Virus record (IMG/VR): IMGVR_UViG_3300045988_171384 | Location: 1 to 15,766 of that record | DNA: 15,766 nt | Strand: one strand, 5' to 3' | From: a virus | In this document: piece after piece, positions 15,448-15,766 of the stretch | Layout: each line of letters begins with the position of its first letter | How positions within the stretch are numbered: position 1 is the stretch's first letter | Notes under the pieces: model-generated | The model's database searches: none | The model's input: only the letters and a program-made list of their open reading frames with translations | What the model was told of the DNA's origin: nothing | Program-made: the position numbers and the translations under genes

Positions 15448-15453
15448 TTCCGC

Positions 15454-15766
15454 ATGAGTACAACAAATCTTGTTGATGTGGTTGCGTCAAATATTCGTGC
15501 AGAGGCGGCGCGTCGTGGCCTTTATCAAGGGGATATTGCCCATGCGCTTGGCTTGCAGCAAGCGACGATTTCAAAGAGGTGGCGCGGCGGGCGGGCGTGG
15601 CCGCTGGAAGACCTTCCTACAGTTGCCGATGTCCTAGGGGTGTCGGTCGCTTATCTCGTTACGGATAACTCAGACGGTACGCCAAGTATCGAACTGCGCC
15701 CCCGACAGGACTCGAACCTGCAACCTCGGGATTGGTCGGTGATAACCAACATCAGTGAAGCTGCGT
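15454..15766 (+). CDS. XRE-family HTH repressor-like protein. There is no stop codon before the window end. It is 121 aa if continued through the repeat into 56-108.
   Basis: This ORF is missing from the supplied ORF track because it never reaches a stop in the window. I translated it by hand: MSTTNLVDVVASNIRAEAARRGLYQGDIAHALGLQQATISKRWRGGRAWPLEDLPTVADVLGVSVAYLVTDNSDGTPSIELRPRQDSNLQPRDWSVITNISEAA... The HTH is evident. Confidence 0.75.
   Translation, partial: MSTTNLVDVVASNIRAEAARRGLYQGDIAHALGLQQATISKRWRGGRAWPLEDLPTVADVLGVSVAYLVTDNSDGTPSIELRPRQDSNLQPRDWSVITNISEAA
15697..15726 (-). other. tRNA 3'-end fragment (variable loop, T-arm, acceptor 3' strand and discriminator); candidate attP core
   Basis: The minus strand reads AGGTT GCAGG TTCGAGT CCTGT CGGGGGC G. 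This gives a canonical T-loop, a 5-bp T-stem with one G-U pair, a 7-nt acceptor strand and no encoded CCA. The 45 nt upstream give no anticodon or D arm, and no complementary GCCCCCG strand is present. Confidence 0.6.
15712..15766. repeat. Right copy of the exact 55-bp terminal direct repeat
   Basis: Identical to 1-55 and ends exactly at the last base of the window. Confidence 0.97.

Larger units (their letters stand above)
1..15766. mobile_element. Complete small temperate tailed-phage genome (siphovirus-type, HK97-like head module). Unique length is 15,711 bp if the 55-bp ends are one sequence.
   Basis: Contains integrase, repressor/Cro pair, HNH, TerS, TerL, portal, protease-capsid, connectors, major tail, chaperone, tape measure, tail tip and a lysis cassette. 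An identical 55-bp repeat sits at both termini. Confidence 0.85.

Noticed and set aside
14246-15457. 12-nt repeat TTTCCGCATGAG at about 14246 and about 15446
   Set aside because: By rough estimate, around fifteen 12-mer coincidences are expected in a sequence of this length when both strands are counted, and there is no supporting symmetry or context.
15697-15766. A complete tRNA or tmRNA gene at the right end (reconstituted by prophage integration)
   Set aside because: Only the T-arm and acceptor 3' strand are tRNA-like. In the 70 nt available there is no GCCCCCG acceptor partner. The only hairpins upstream (TTGGT/ACCAA with an 8-nt loop, TGAT/ATCA with loop GTTGGTT) are not canonical anticodon or D arms. 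The acceptor lacks the G3:U70 and ...CUCCACCA end expected of tmRNA. A class II or unusual tRNA extending beyond the window cannot be fully excluded.
1-15766. Phage satellite / PICI-like element or defective prophage remnant, suggested by its small size
   Set aside because: It encodes its own terminase pair, portal, protease-capsid, connector set, tail tube, chaperone, TMP, tail tip and lysis genes with intact reading frames. A satellite would lack most of these. Viability is still untested.
1-15766. CRISPR arrays, IS elements/transposases, toxin-antitoxin pairs, reverse transcriptase/DGR or other known defence cassettes
   Set aside because: No spaced short repeats, no transposase-like ORF, no RT motifs and no unassigned gene pair of suitable architecture were seen. 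All space is taken by the phage core genes.

Overview
The window reads as one complete, very compact temperate siphovirus-type phage genome. The first 55 nt (1-55) are identical to the last 55 nt (15712-15766) and sit flush with both window ends, so the unique length is 15,711 bp. I favour circular closure or terminal overlap over attL/attR, because the sequence next to the tRNA-like T-arm does not fold as a tRNA body.

Positions 902-15352 form a single minus-strand gene train with mostly overlapping stop/start codons. In transcription order it encodes:
- a Cro-like HTH protein, three small early proteins and a winged-HTH protein
- an HNH endonuclease, then an 89-bp G-run/phased T-tract gap (candidate cos)
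- TerS, TerL, a small Cys/His protein and the portal
- a fused prohead protease-scaffold-major capsid protein
- connector and terminator proteins, the major tail protein, a displaced HK97 gp10-like protein, and a tail chaperone with a candidate -1 frameshift
- an 875-aa tape measure protein and two distal tail proteins
- an amidase endolysin, a holin and a TM/coiled-coil protein

Only two genes are on the plus strand. One is an XRE-type repressor-like ORF starting at 15454 that runs off the window; if the ends are joined it continues through the repeat to TAA at 106-108 (121 aa). The other is a tyrosine integrase (119-931).

The main finding is that an antisense tRNA 3'-end fragment (T-arm plus acceptor, 15697-15726), the likely attP core, lies inside the repressor ORF with int immediately downstream. 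Both Rep (joined form) and Int end in AAA. This matches the integration-dependent immunity layout known from mycobacteriophages BPs, Brujita and Charlie, here in a much smaller genome.

I could not recognise any rRNA, complete tRNA, CRISPR array, transposase, polymerase, helicase, primase or defence gene. All functional calls are from by-eye motif recognition and synteny; no database search was possible. The host is probably a mid/high-GC Gram-positive (actinobacterial-type) organism, but this is a weak inference.
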